From NCBI GenBank assembly GCA_951406725.2, contig OX597831.1, positions 54,932,001-54,996,000 on the forward strand: a stretch of DNA of 64,000 bases, in the 5' to 3' direction. The position numbers and the translations under genes are program-made. Source of the stretch: Octopus vulgaris (taxonomy: Eukaryota). Below, one piece after another: positions 26,039 through 39,625 of this stretch. The notes below the pieces were generated by a model. That model did not search any database, was not told where the DNA came from, and saw only the letters and a list, made by a program, of their open reading frames with translations. The first letter of the stretch is position 1, and each line of letters begins with the position of its first letter.

Positions 26039-26488
26039 GTATCTTTTCCTTTTGAACGACAGTTTTCGACACAATTTCTAGTTAACTAGACACTTTTAAA
26101 CTTCGTATACTGGTAGAATGTGTCAAAATAAAACATTTTTTTCTCTTGGCTTTCTTGAGAAAATTGTAATTTGTAAGTTTAACATAGTTTAATTTTTCGA
26201 ATTTTAACCAATCGATTGAGCTAAAATCATTTGATGCGTCTAAAACTGAGACACCATCCTGTCACTAACCCTAACATTAACCCTAAAATGATTTTAGCTC
26301 AATAGAGGCCATCGATTGGTTAAAATTCGAAAAATTAAACTACGATAAACTTACAAATTACAATTTTCTCAAGAAAGCCAAGAGAAAAAAATGTTTTATT
26401 TTGACACATTCTATCAGCATACGAAGTTTAGAAGTGTCTAGTTAACTAGAAATTGTGTTGAAAACTGCCATTCAAAAGGAAAAGATTC
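26039..26488. mobile_element. Fold-back MITE with ~190-bp TIRs and 8-bp TSD (possibly Merlin- or hAT-type)
   Basis: TSD ggtacttt at 26031-26038 and 26489-26496; long TIRs; spacer has taaccc units; inserted in an older SINE. Confidence 0.85.
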
Positions 26489-27580
26489 GGTACTTTATTT
26501 CATGTTGCTGCAGTCACAACATAGCTAGGACTAAATATTATGGAAAATTGTCATCATTTGCAGAGGAGTTTCATGTTCACATACTTCTTAAGCATACACC
26601 ACAGAAACGTCAGCCTAATACACCCATAAATTCGACACCTTATATGCACACACACACGCACAGAAGGATTGCATAGCATTCTCCAGCACCTCAGTGACTT
26701 TCTGCTTGAATTCCTCTCTCTCTCTCTCTGTATGCGTGCGCGTGTGTGCGTGCATGTCCAAAAAAATCGACACCATTTCCTAGTCTAATAACATAGCCAA
26801 TTCTTGCTCAAATGATCTCAAATTTTAGTAAAATATGTAAAAACTAAGTTTGGATTGAGCATGCCAGTGATAATGACAATGTGCTGTTGAAATGGCCATC
26901 ACGTTCAACCTAACTTGGCACCTTGTGATTTGTTTCTATGGGGCTATGTCAAAGGAGTGATTTATATCCCCCACTCTTCCCACAGGTTTTCCAGAAGCAC
27001 AGCCCCCTAAAAAATCCCCTGCATATTATACTCAAGGGCAGACTATACTCCAGGATTTACGGCATAAAATCTACATCCCTCTGAATTTCTTGTTCAAATA
27101 TTGATATATAAATCTTTTATTGTTCAACATGAAATCTATGTAATTTCGTTTGCCTTAGACATATAGTTACTCAGATATTCACATTTCAAATTATATCAAT
27201 TTTGGTGGGGACACGCTGTATGTATATATATATATATATACAGACAATGATCTTCTTTCAGTTTCCATCTACCAAATCCACTTACAAAGCTTTGGTTGGA
27301 ACAAGGTGTGGCACAGTGGGACTGAACCTGGAACAATGTGATAGAAAAGCAAGCTTCTTACCATACAGCCACGCCTGCTGTATATGCATATATGTGCACG
27401 AGTGCATATACACATATGTGCATATAAATTTTATATATCAACCCACCAAGTTTCCACCAATTATAACTGTTGGAGCAGACACCTGGGTTTGAATCAGGTG
27501 GTATACATGCTAGTTCACCCACTGCTGAGACCCTGACAGGTGCTACTATTCCATGGGTTGGGAGTCTCTAATCATGGTAA

Positions 27581-27634
27581 CGCATGCTGAAGAAGCTAAG
27601 GTTTATTTTACCAATGCAGAAACCGGTCCATGTG
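27581..27634 (+). ncRNA. Minimal type I hammerhead ribozyme motif
   Basis: cgcatg-CTGAAGA-[imperfect stem II, gc..ggt/acc..gc]-GAA-ACCGGT-C-catgtg; palindromic stem III, GUC site; A.A mismatch at the base of stem II. Confidence 0.7.
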
Positions 27635-27963
27635 AGTCCAAATACTTAAATGCATGTTAGTAGATCGTCTTAACCTGATTTTGTCTTCGTTTGATTTCTG
27701 TAGTTTTCATCAGTGTATTTTTGGCAATCTAATAAGAGTTTTGACTGTTATTTCAAGCAGGTAGACATACTTAGTATGTCCTTTCATAAATTTTAATATC
27801 TTGGCTATTTAATGCTATTTTTTAGCCTGCTATCGCCTGTGTCATTGATTCTGTTATTATCATTTTTTAAATAGTTACATTTGATAATAATAGAATTAAT
27901 GATACCTTCGTAAATTAATTTTTGGTGAATTATTTTTCTCGTAAATTGTATCGAGATTATTTT

Positions 27964-28250
27964 ATAAGACAATGGAGAAACAAATTTAGTTTGTTCATCA
28001 ACTTACGGATATTATAATGTTGGATTATTTATTCATTTTACAAATGAGAACAACAAAAGCATACAAAATAGGATTTCATTAATTTATAATATGACTTTTA
28101 AAATCTGTATTTGTATTATTATCTTATCTATCGATTTATATAATATTTTGCATGCTTTTGATGTTCTCATTTGTAAAATGAATAAATAATCCAACATTAT
28201 AATATCCGTAAGTTGATGAACAAACCAAATTTGTTTCTCCATTTTCTTAT
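27964..28250. repeat. Inverted repeat, 107-bp arms with 73-bp spacer
   Basis: 27964-28070 is the reverse complement of 28144-28250 with about four mismatches. Confidence 0.9.
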
Positions 28251-28428
28251 TTGTATCTTAAATTTACAGTAAAAATATTTCTTTACCTTCACCCGTTTAA
28301 TACAATAAATGAATTAATTGCATTGCAATTAAAAACATTTATGTATTAAGAATTTGGCTACTTTACCAACAGTATATTGGATAAATGATATCCCATAGTG
28401 GGTTACACCCATAACCCCTATCTTACTT

Positions 28429-28473
<45 letters not shown>

Positions 28474-28824
28474 CATCATCATCATCATCTTCATCATCGT
28501 TTAATGTCCGCTTTCCATGCTTGCATGGGTTGGACGATTTGACTGAGGGCTGGCGAACCAGATGGCTGCACCAGGCTTCAATCTTGATCTGGCAGAGTTT
28601 CTACAGTTGGATGCCCTTCCTAACGCCAACCACTTAGAGTGTAGAGGGTGCTTTTATGTGCCAGTCAGGTAGTACTGGCAACAACCTCACTCGAATCTTT
28701 TACACATGCCACCGGCACAGGTGCCAGTAAAGCGATGCTGGTAACGATCACGCTCGAATGGTGCCTTTTACGTGCCACCAGCATGGAGGCCAGTTAGCCG
28801 CTCTGGCAACAATCATGCTCGGAT

Positions 28825-28875
<51 letters not shown>

Positions 28876-29415
28876 GGCAGTTTACTGTGCTTGAGAACAT
28901 GTCAAATTAAGTAAAAGACCATGGTCGTCCTTGCATACAGGCATGTACTCTGCGTCCCTCTCCAGCTGAGCATTCCTAATTTTGCAGGCTTGTGAATCCT
29001 AGTGCCATGTAAAAAGCACCCGTACCATAAACAAACCCATAGTTCGTTTATGTACCCCATAACTTAGCAGCTTAGCATAAGAAACTGAGAGAACAAGTAC
29101 CAAGGTTAATTCATTTGACAAAAACCTTTCAAGCTGGTGCCTCAGCATGACCATGATCCAATGACTGAAAATAAATGCCTTTGGTGGAGAACATTTAGTT
29201 GTAAGCATTCTGACCTAAACTCCAGTCTAAATTTAGCTCCTCGTCCTTCCTAACTATTACTCCAGGAGGCCATATGGCCATGAGCATTGGCTTTCCACTT
29301 TCCACTATGATGTAATTCAATGTAAATTGATGATAACGTTCAGTGATGAAAGAAATTCCAGCAAAACAGAGAAGATATAACAAGAAAGTAACAAAAAATT
29401 AATTTGATTCCTTAC

Positions 29416-29486
29416 TTTAGACTTAAAGTCATTGCTTCCTTTCATTTTTGCCATCAAGTTTTTAGACAGAACACCACACTGACCGG
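29416..29486 (-). CDS. SQOR: SQOR coding exon (71 nt)
   Basis: ttttcag|CC+GQCGVLSKNLMAKMKGSNDFKSK|gtaagg; phase 1/0 bridges the flanking exons and corresponds to the AQxGxL segment. Confidence 0.9.
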
Positions 29487-29504
29487 CTGAAAACAAAAGA
29501 TCAC

Positions 29505-29892
29505 ATGACTACAAGTGACAGAAGACTGACAGTGATAGATGACTAACAATGATGAGTGAGTAACAGTGATACATTGGTAAATAGTTATAATGACTAAAAG
29601 TGATAGATGACCGACAGTGGTAGATGACTGACAGTGATAGATGACTAACAATGATAGGTGAGTAACAGTGATAGATGACTAACAATTATAGGTGAGTAAC
29701 AGTGATAGATTGATAAATAGTTATAATGACTAACAGTGATAGATGGATGACTAATAATGATAGATGACTAACAGTGGTGGGTAACAAACAGTGATGAGTA
29801 ACTAACAGAGACAGATAACTGCAATAGATGATAACAATGGTAGATGACTGTGATAGATGGATGACTAATATTAATAGATGACAAATAATGAT
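29505..29892. repeat. Degenerate ~17-bp minisatellite (gtgatagatgactaaca)
   Basis: Repeated units starting about 18 nt from the acceptor of the 71-nt SQOR exon. Confidence 0.85.
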
Positions 29893-31610
29893 ACATCACA
29901 AAACACAGTAGATATCCAACTCTGATACATGAATGAAAATATTTGATGACAAACACTGATGAATGATTAAGAAATAATTTGAAAGAACATTGCAAGACAG
30001 TTCAGATTAAAACTAATTTCAACAGGGAATACTTTCATTAATTCATATACTTAATTATTAATTCCTGTCTATGAAGCTTCAAGCAGATGAGAGACAAATC
30101 TCCTGGACAAGTAACTTTTTCCAAGATAAACTGGGACATATAAAACATATGCTATGATCCTTTGCACAAGCGATAAATATGAACTTGTAGCTAAGAGCCA
30201 GTAATTTCATATCTTTCCACTTAGCCATTTCCATGCTAAAATAATTAAAAACTAACTGTAGCAATTAGAGGTAGAAATCTATTAATTAAACAAGATGTGG
30301 TTCTCCTTGTTTAACTTCAGCTTGGTCATAAATGAGCAGACCCATATCATGAAATGTGTTCCAACTGTAACCTCCTATCTTTTGCTTAGACATAATGCAT
30401 CTTAGACTATATTAACGAAGGTGCATGGCTTAGTGGTTAGGGTATTAGGCTCATGGTCATAAGATCATGATTTCGATTCCCAGTGGCACATTGTGTCCTT
30501 GAGCAAGACATTTTATTTCACATTGCTCTAGTCCATTCAGCTGACAAAAATGAGTAGTACTTGTATTTCAAAGGGTCAGCCTTGTCACACTCTGTGTCAT
30601 GCTGAATCTCCCTTAGAACTACCTTAAGGGTATACGTGTCTGTGGAGTGCTCAGCCACTTGCATGTTAATTTCATGAGAGGCTGTTCTATTGCTCGGATC
30701 AACTGGAACCTTCGCTGTCCTGGCAGAGTGCCAGTTTAGACTACCATTATCCAATGTGTGGCTCTCTTTTTCAAGATGGTCATGTAAAGGCTTAAGAGAC
30801 ATTTGATTGCTATTTCTCTCATAGTGAGCAACCACACAGAGACTCCCATATATATGTATATATATATAAGTGTGTGTGCATATGTTTGTGTGTCTGTGTT
30901 TGTCCCCCTAGCATTGCTTGACAACCGATGCTGGTGTGTTTACGTCCCCGTCACTTAGCGGTTCAGCAAAAGAGACCGATAGAATAAGTACTGGGCTTAC
31001 AAAGAATAAGTCCTGGGGTCGATTTGCTCGACTAAAGGCGGTGCTCCAGCATGGCCGCAGTCAAATGACTGAAACAAGTAAAAGAGTAAAAGAGAGAGTC
31101 CGGGAACCTTTTGATACAACCTTCTACAACAAAATAATTGATTGCAAACCTCAAGACAGTAAAAGTAATTTATATCTCTCAGTAAACATTATAAGTATCA
31201 CCAGCCAACATGTCTAAACCTATCAGGAAACATGTTAGTTCTTAATGATATCATGACAGATGGCAATACTTTACATTTGTATAAAGAACAAATAATCTAT
31301 GTCCATACTTAATAATGCCTAACGGGAGGGGAGGGAGTAGAAGGAAGAGAACAGAAAAATGCACACAGGAAGGTGTGATTGTGTTGTTAAGAAGCTTGTT
31401 TCCCAATGACCCCAGGAAGCATGAGAAGGTGGTGGAGGAAGAAGAAGAAGAAGAAGAAGAAGAAGATGGTGGTGGTGGTGATGATGAAAATGATGGATGA
31501 GTGGCTTGCATGTGTGTGTGCATGTATGTATGTATGTATACATATATGTATGTATACATATATGTATGTATATATATATGTCTATATATATGTATATATG
31601 CATATATATA

Positions 31611-31643
<33 letters not shown>

Positions 31644-31901
31644 AGATGTGTATATATATATATATATATGGATATATATTTATGTATATATGTATATATA
31701 TGCATATGTATATATATATATGTATATATATGCATATGTATATATGTATATGTATATATATATGTGTTTGTGTATATATATATATATGTGTGTGTGTGTG
31801 CGTGTATACATGTGTGTGTGTATATGTATACATATATATGTGTATATATATAGTGTATATATATGTGTGTATATATATGTATATGTGTATATATATGTGT
31901 G

Positions 31902-31945
<44 letters not shown>

Positions 31946-32027
31946 GGTCCCGGGTTGAGTCGGGGTTAACCACAGTAAATAAGGTACTCAATACATAACA
32001 GAGTAAATTAATTTATTTTATAGAAGG

Positions 32028-32078
32028 AGCTTCTACAGGACTAGAACTGTTTCATTCAAATGAAATCATCAGGAAGCT
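32028..32078 (-). ncRNA. Type I hammerhead ribozyme (left arm of palindrome; SQOR sense strand)
   Basis: Exact reverse complement of 32620-32670. Confidence 0.8.
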
Positions 32079-32619
32079 TGGTGTCAAAATAAGTTCTGGC
32101 ATTTATACATTTAGGCAGATTTAATGGGGTGGTGGTGGGGGACATTTTTTGGGTAAGCAGGGCACAAACTGTCTTTCTTAGGGGAGTGGTCAAAAGAATC
32201 AGTGATAAAGTAAATAAATGAATAAATAGAATAATTGAATAGAGTTTTAGGTAAATTAGAAGACTATCGCTTTTAGTCAGTTTGTTGTTGTTGTTATTAA
32301 GTGGAGGGAAGAAGTAGATAAGTATACATAAATGAACATATAAAATAAAATATGTATACATATAAAATATGTATACTTATCTACTTCTTCCCTCCACTTA
32401 ATAACAACAACAACAAACTGACTAACAGTGATAGTCTTCTAATTTACCTAAAACTCTATTCAATTATTCTATTTATTCATTTATTTACTTTATCACTGAT
32501 TCTTTTGACCACTCCCCTAAGAAAGACAGTTTGTGCCCTGCTTACCCAAAAAATGTCCCCCACCACCACCCCATTAAATCTGCCTAAATGTATAAATGCC
32601 AGAACTTATTTTGACAGCA

Positions 32620-32670
32620 AGCTTCCTGATGATTTCATTTGAATGAAACAGTTCTAGTCCTGTAGAAGCT
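32620..32670 (+). ncRNA. Type I hammerhead ribozyme (right arm of palindrome)
   Basis: agcttc-CTGATGA-tttcatttgaat-GAA-acag ttctagtc ctgt-A-gaagct; 6-bp stem I, 4-bp stem III, GUA site at 32662-32664; weak stem II with U.U at its base. Confidence 0.8.
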
Positions 32671-32690
32671 CCTTCTATAAAATAAATTAG

Positions 32691-32756
<66 letters not shown>

Positions 32757-33724
32757 ACACACACATATATATATACACACAAGCTCTAAGAAAAATTTAA
32801 ATTCATCAAGGCTTTTCCCCAGTATGGCCACAGTCCAATGACTGAAAGAAGTCAAAGTATAAAATATAACTGGGCAACTGCCATGGAGGCAAAATCATAT
32901 TTTAGGGACAGGAACATTGTCAATGATGTCAACCCCAAGACATGGCTGGTACTTACTTTAAAGACTGCAGAAAGACAAAAGACAAAAAGGGTTTGAACTC
33001 ACAATAAAAAGGGAGAGGATTAAAAGCTACAAGGTTCTCACTTATAAAAACATCCTTTTAGAAATAAATACAATAATTAACCCTATGCATGGAGTATAGC
33101 TTTCAGGTGCAGGCATGCATGGGTGTGTGGTTACATCGTTCACAACCACAGGGTTTTGGGTTCCATCCCAGTGCTTGACACATTGGGCAAGTGACTTCTA
33201 CAATAGCCACAGGGCAACTAATGCCTTGTGAGTGAATCTGGTAGACAATACCTGACGGTAACTGTCATGTATATATGTGAGTGTGTGAATATGTACATGT
33301 GTACACGTGTGTGTGTGCGTGTATGTGTGTGTATGCATGTTAATATCTTCATGCTTCTTCACAGTAACAACATTTAACACTGACATTGTTTACATCCCAT
33401 CTACCTCAGTGGTTTCATCGCATGAAGACCAGTGCTACGAAAAAACTACTTGGAAAAACAATTAGAATTGGCCACATCATGGGCATCTGGCCTTAGAATA
33501 CTGTCTCAATAAATCTCATCCAACCCCTGCCAACATGGAAAAAGTGGATGTAAAACTGATGGTGATGATGGTGGCAATGGCAATAATGGTGCTGATGGCG
33601 ATGATGGTGGTGAGGTGATGATGGTGGCAATGGCAATAATGGTGGTGACAGCTATGATGATGAAAATGATGAAGCCTTGTTTTTTCTTTCAAAGTACATT
33701 GCTTAGAATCAGAAGAAGCTGTCA

Positions 33725-34093
<369 letters not shown>

Positions 34094-34386
34094 CTAATAA
34101 CTTTGAAGAAATTTTAGTCAAATGAATTGACCCCAGTACTTTTTTTTTTTAAAGCTTCGTACTTAGTCTGTCAGTCTTTTTTGCCAAACTGCTAAGTGAC
34201 AGGGGATCTAAAAATATCAACACCGGTTGTCAAGCGGTAGCAGGGAACATACACAGAGACAAAGACAGACACAAAGATACCTACACACACACACACGTAC
34301 ACGTTCTACTATGCCCTTGGGCCAACCAAATGCTTGAGTGAGCTTGGTAGAGGAAACTGAAAGAAGTCCATTGTGTTTACGTACGT

Positions 34387-34423
<37 letters not shown>

Positions 34424-34740
34424 TATATACACAACAGCACAATTAACCTCACTTTCAATATTTCATCTCAACTTAATTTCCTTTAATGAAAAAAAAACTA
34501 ACAATTTTTCAGGACAGTTAATCTCACCTTCCATGCAACATTCCAAACATCAACCTGGGCAAGATGGGTTACTGCAGCTGTTATAGCATAACATAATCCT
34601 CTTCTCTTCCCTATATTCATGACTTGTAACAGATTACTTCCTTGAGAACAGGAAACAATTTTTATAGGGATGGTGAGGGTCAGGATTAGTCAGTTAGCTG
34701 AAGAGACTTCAATATATTGCTGATATTGCAGAGTGAAATC

Positions 34741-35191
34741 GAAATCAAAATCGAAATCAAATTCAATGACTGGCATCTGTGCTAGTGGAGCGCTAAGACC
34801 ACCATCCGAGCATGACCGTTGTCAGAGCAGCTAATGGGCTTCCGTGCCGGTAGCACATAAGAGGCACCATTCGAGCGTGATCGTTACCAGCATCACATTA
34901 CTGGCACTTGAAAAAACATTCAAGTGAGGTCATTGCCAATGCCACTGTACAGGTGGCACATAAAAAACACCATTTGAGCGTGGCCATTGCCAGTACCGCC
35001 TGACTGGCCCTCATGCCGGTGGCACGTAAAAGCACCCACTACACTCTTGGAGTGGTGGGCGTTAGGAAGGGCATCCAGCCGTAGAAACTCTGCCAGATCA
35101 AGATTGGAGCCTGGTGCAGCCATCTGGTTCGCCAGTCTTCAGTCAAATCATTCAACCCATGGAAAGCGGACGTTAAACGATGATGATGATG
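34741..35191 (+). mobile_element. Retroposon with (GAT)n tail (family C; RTE-type 3' end)
   Basis: gttaggaagggcatccagc...ggaaagcggacgttaaacgatgatgat; copies at 28474-28826(-), 47898-48159(-), 15470-15790(-), 56727-57370(+), 33950-34065(+). Confidence 0.8.
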
Positions 35192-36100
35192 AATTAAGGT
35201 ATAAAATCATCAGCATGCCAGGCAAAATGCCTAGTGGCATTTCATCCATCTTTACATTCTGAGTACAACTTCTGCCTAAGTTGATTTTGCCTTTCATCCT
35301 CCTGGGGTCAATAAAATAAGTACCAGTTGAACAGTGGGATCAATGTAATCAACTAGCCCTCACCCCTGAAATTGCTGGCCTTGTGACAAAATGTGAAACC
35401 AGTATATTGCTGATAATTAAGGTGGCAACCTGGCAGAGTCATTAGCATGCTGAGCAAAATGCTTAGCAACATTTCGTTTGACTTCACATTCTAAGTTCAA
35501 ATTCCACCAAGGTCAACTTTGCATTTCAGGGTCAATGAAATGAATGCCAGTTGAGCACTGGGGCCAATGTAATCAACTTAACTCTCCCCCGAAATTACTG
35601 GCCTTGTGTTAAAATTTGGCACCAATATATTTTATCTCATATCTTTTACTTGTTTCGGTTAATAGACTGCCGCCATCATGGGGCACGGCCTTGAAGAATA
35701 TCGGCCAAATGAACTGACCCCAGTACTTACTTTCTTAAACCTGCTGCTTATTCTATCGGTCCCTTCTGCCAAATTGCTAGGTTATAGGGATGTAAACACA
35801 CCAGCACTGGTTGTCAAGTGGTGGCAGGGGACAAACACAACACAAAGACACACAAAAATATATGCATATATATATACACACACACACACACACAATGGAC
35901 TTCTTTCAGTTTCCTCTACCAAGTTCAAGTTCACTCACAAGGATTTGGTCGGCCCAAGGCCATAGTAGAACACACTTGCCCAAGATGTCATGCAGTGAGA
36001 CTGAACCCTGAACTATGTGGTTGGCAAGCAAGCTTCTTATCACACAGCTATGCCTGCATCTATTGATGATATTTATTTAATCAATCACAGATCATTAATA

Positions 36101-37385
36101 TATCAGGTCATTAAGAATGAAATGTCCAATTTTTTTATGCACCAAGTTTGATAGTCATTAACTCTAATGTTTTTATCCCAACAATTCTTTGTTTTAAAAC
36201 TTTGCAAAGTTAACTCATCATTTTTCGAAATGTAATTCATGGTGTCTGATTATATTGTGAGTTTTTCTTGTAAATCAGCTTTTATGAACCCATGGAGAGA
36301 TCAAAAATTCATGTTGTTTATGAATATGAGTTCTGTCATGGAACCAATGCATCCCAGACAGCGCGAAACATCAATGAGGTGTTTGGTGAAGATGTGGCAA
36401 ATGAGCACAATGTATGTCCATGGTTTGAGAAGTTCTAGTCTGGTGACTTTACTCTTGAAAATCAACCCCATGGTAGACCTGAGACCAAGGTGGATAATGA
36501 TGAGATGGAAACTAGTGGAAGCAGATATATCTCAAACTACACATAAGTTAGCAGCAAGGTTTGATGTTTCGATTCCAATAGTGTTGGACCATCTGAAACA
36601 AATCAGCAAGGTAAAGTAGCTGAACAAGTGGGTACCACATGAACTGAACAAGCATCAAATGACACATCATCTTGAAACTTGTTCTTTGCAGTCATGGCAT
36701 AAAAGTGAACCATTTTTGCATTGTATTGTTATATGTGATGGAAAATGCATTCTTTGCAAAAATAGCAAGCGTTCTGCTCAGTAGTTGGATAGAGACATAG
36801 TGTCAAACCACAATCCAAAAAACAATATTCACCAAAAAAAAGTAAAAGGAATTTGTTTGATGATCCAGCACTGGTGTCATCCACTAGAACTTCATGAGAT
36901 CTGGTAAGTCAATTACAGCAGATGTATTCATCAACCAATTGGGTGAAAAGATGAGTGAACTTGCAATTAAACAACTGAGATTGGTCAATAGAGACAGGCC
37001 AATTCTCTTGCAAGACAATGCTCAACCACATGTTGCACAAAGAACGCTACTCAAGTTACAGGAACTGAACTTGGAAGTACTCTGTCATTCACCATATTCA
37101 CCAGACCTTGCACCAACTGACTATCATGTTTTCCAGGCAATAGACAACTTTTTGCAAGGAAAAAACTTCAGATCTGAAGAAGATGCAAGAACAACCTTTC
37201 ATGATTTCATCACCTCTTGCTTTCCAGAATTCTTCGCTGCAGGCATAAATAAGCTACCAATAAAATAGCAATATCATGTTTATAATTTAGGTGCATACTT
37301 TGATTAATTGCATTACTTTTTGTCAAGATGAAGTAAAATAAACTTTCAGCTCAAAATCAAACATTTCATTCTTAATGATCTGATA
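36101..37385 (+). mobile_element. Full-length decayed mariner transposon
   Basis: TIRs tatcaggtcattaagaatgaaatgt / acatttcattcttaatgatctgata; transposase relics WVPHEL, ILLQDNAQPH, HSPYSPDLAPTDYHVF; several stops and frameshifts. Confidence 0.93.
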
Positions 37386-37693
37386 CATTGTTTATCAAGC
37401 CCATAGTTTCAACAATCTCTGATAATTAAAATCATAAACATTCAGAGAGATTCTTTTATTTTGTATCTTTTTACCTGTCTCTGTCATTTAGACTATGGCC
37501 ATGCTGGGGCACCATCTTGAAGAATTCTTAGTCAAATGAATCAATCCCAGTACTTTTTTTTTTAAACTGGTACTTATTCTATTAATCTCTTTGTTCAAAC
37601 TGCTAAGTTATGGGGATGTAAACACACCAACACTGGTTATCAAGTGGTAGTGGGGGACAAACACAGACACAAAGACATGCACATATAGATCTA

Positions 37694-37911
37694 TACGAGG
37701 ATGTAATGAAAAGTTTTTGGCTTTAAGGGTATCATGAAAGACCTGGTTGGAGGCCCAACCTTCTGAGTTCTTTTACAGGGTTTAGAAAAACTGAAGGACC
37801 ACTGCAATTAGTGTGACTCTGAGAAGAGAATATGTTAAATAAAATCATAATTAACTAATTCTCTTGTATTTCCTTTTACTCAAAGCCAGGAACTTTTCAG
37901 CACTCCTAGTA
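37694..37911 (+). mobile_element. Mariner-derived MITE (same family as 16965-17467)
   Basis: Shares both TIRs and the 3' ~120 bp with 16965-17467. Confidence 0.75.
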
Positions 37912-37915
37912 TTTA

Positions 37916-37994
<79 letters not shown>

Positions 37995-38087
37995 TAATAA
38001 AGTATTATTACCATTATCAAAAATAACAATAATAATAAAGTGGTCAGCAAGTTTAACCTATATAGGTAAAATATACAAATAAATTAA

Positions 38088-38433
38088 GGTACCAGAATGC
38101 TACTTGCTAGAAATAGGAGTTAACATGCCAATGCCACAAATTTCTCACTATTAAGAAGCACGCACGATGAATGTAACAGATATAATAAAAATAGGCCTCA
38201 CCTTGTATAAATCACAACCAAGAACAGATATCTTGACTAAATTGATTTCACTTGTACATTATGATTGTCAGCCAAGCTTGCTGTATTCATCTATTTTTCA
38301 AAATTTTCATTTTATTATACTGTACGTATTTGTTCATTTGAATATTTAAATGCCCATGTGTATTTCTAAATAGTGAGAAATTTGTGGCTTTGGTGTGTTA
38401 ACTCCTATTTCTAGCAAGTGGTATTCTGGTACC
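38088..38433. mobile_element. MITE with ~75-bp TIRs, flanked by TTAA/CTAA
   Basis: ggtaccagaatgctacttgctagaaataggagttaaca... mirrored by ...tgttaactcctatttctagcaagtggtattctggtacc. Confidence 0.8.
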
Positions 38434-38436
38434 CTA

Positions 38437-38472
<36 letters not shown>

Positions 38473-39516
38473 GACAGGCTTCTTACAATTTCTATCTACC
38501 AAACCCACTCACAAGGATTTGGTCAGCTTGAGGCTATAGTAGAAGATATCTGCCCATGCCATGAAGTGGGACTGAACCTAGAAGCATGAGGTTGGAAAGC
38601 AAGCTTCTTACCACACAGCTATGCCTGCACCTGTTAGTTTACTTTATTTAACAATCCTGAATCTTTGTCACTTCTAACCAGTTCGGGTTTGGCCCCTTTG
38701 GAGGTGAAGTGGAGGAGGGGGAGACATTAAGTCATATTAGAATATGTCTATTAGACATGAGTGTCCATTTGACAGCCAAAAGATATGTTTAATTCTCTCT
38801 GCATTTGTTATTGACTCCGATTCAGGAGCCCATGGCTGGATGAAAGACATTCCAATCAGGACCATCCTGTCTTATCCAGGCAATATTGGTTTCAAATTTT
38901 GGCACAAAGCCAGCAGGTTTGGGGATAGGGCTAAGTCAATTAATTTGACCACAGCTTTCAACTGGTGCTTATTTTATCGACCCTGAAAGGATGAAAGGCA
39001 GAGTTGACCTCAGCAGAATTTGAACCCAGAATGTAAAGATGGAGGAAATGCCACTAATCCTTTCACCTAACATGCTAACCATTCTGCCAGCTTGCCACCT
39101 TACATAATATTGCATCCAGGACTACATTATCCAATATGTCCTTCCTTTTCAAAAAAAAAAAGAAAATTGGCTGTGTGAGATTTAAGGGAAATTTAGCTGT
39201 TATTTCTAGCAGTTACTAAAGGCAGCAAGCTGGCAGAATCATTAACACACTGGATAAAAAAACACTGAGTGATATTTCTTCTAACTCATGACATTCTGAG
39301 TTCAAATTCTACCTTGGTCGGTTTTGCCTTTTGTCCTTTCAGGGTTGATAAAATATGTACCAGTTTATTAATGGGGTTGCTGCAATCAGTTAACCCCCTC
39401 CCCTAAAACTGCTAGTCTTGAGTCAAAATTTGAAATTATTTCTATTAATGCCAACAACCATGTAGGGACCACTCCTATACACTCCTATACACTTGTTACA
39501 AAATAAATCTACTTAC

Positions 39517-39625
39517 TTTAAAAGTTGCTGTTTCACCACTCTCACTGTCTAGCTTCTTAAAAATTGCCTCTCCAGTCTCTGGTCGCACTTCAATAAGACT
39601 GTGCTTGAAGTTCACATGAATACCG
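39517..39625 (-). CDS. SQOR: SQOR coding exon (109 nt)
   Basis: tag|C+GIHVNFKHSLIEVRPETGEAIFKKLDSESGETATFK|gtaagt; completes the Arg codon from the previous exon; absent from the ORF track. Confidence 0.93.

Larger units (their letters stand above)
31943..32689. mobile_element. Fold-back HHR-bearing element (probably PLE pLTR-derived) in a (TA)n tract
   Basis: 322-bp arms 32009-32330 and 32368-32689, three mismatches by eye, 37-bp spacer, ~65-bp unpaired left extension, (TA)n on both sides. Confidence 0.85.

Noticed and set aside
29195-29383. 62-aa minus-strand ORF next to a SQOR exon
   Set aside because: No SQOR similarity and no proper acceptor; the 29416-29486 exon already bridges the reading frame.
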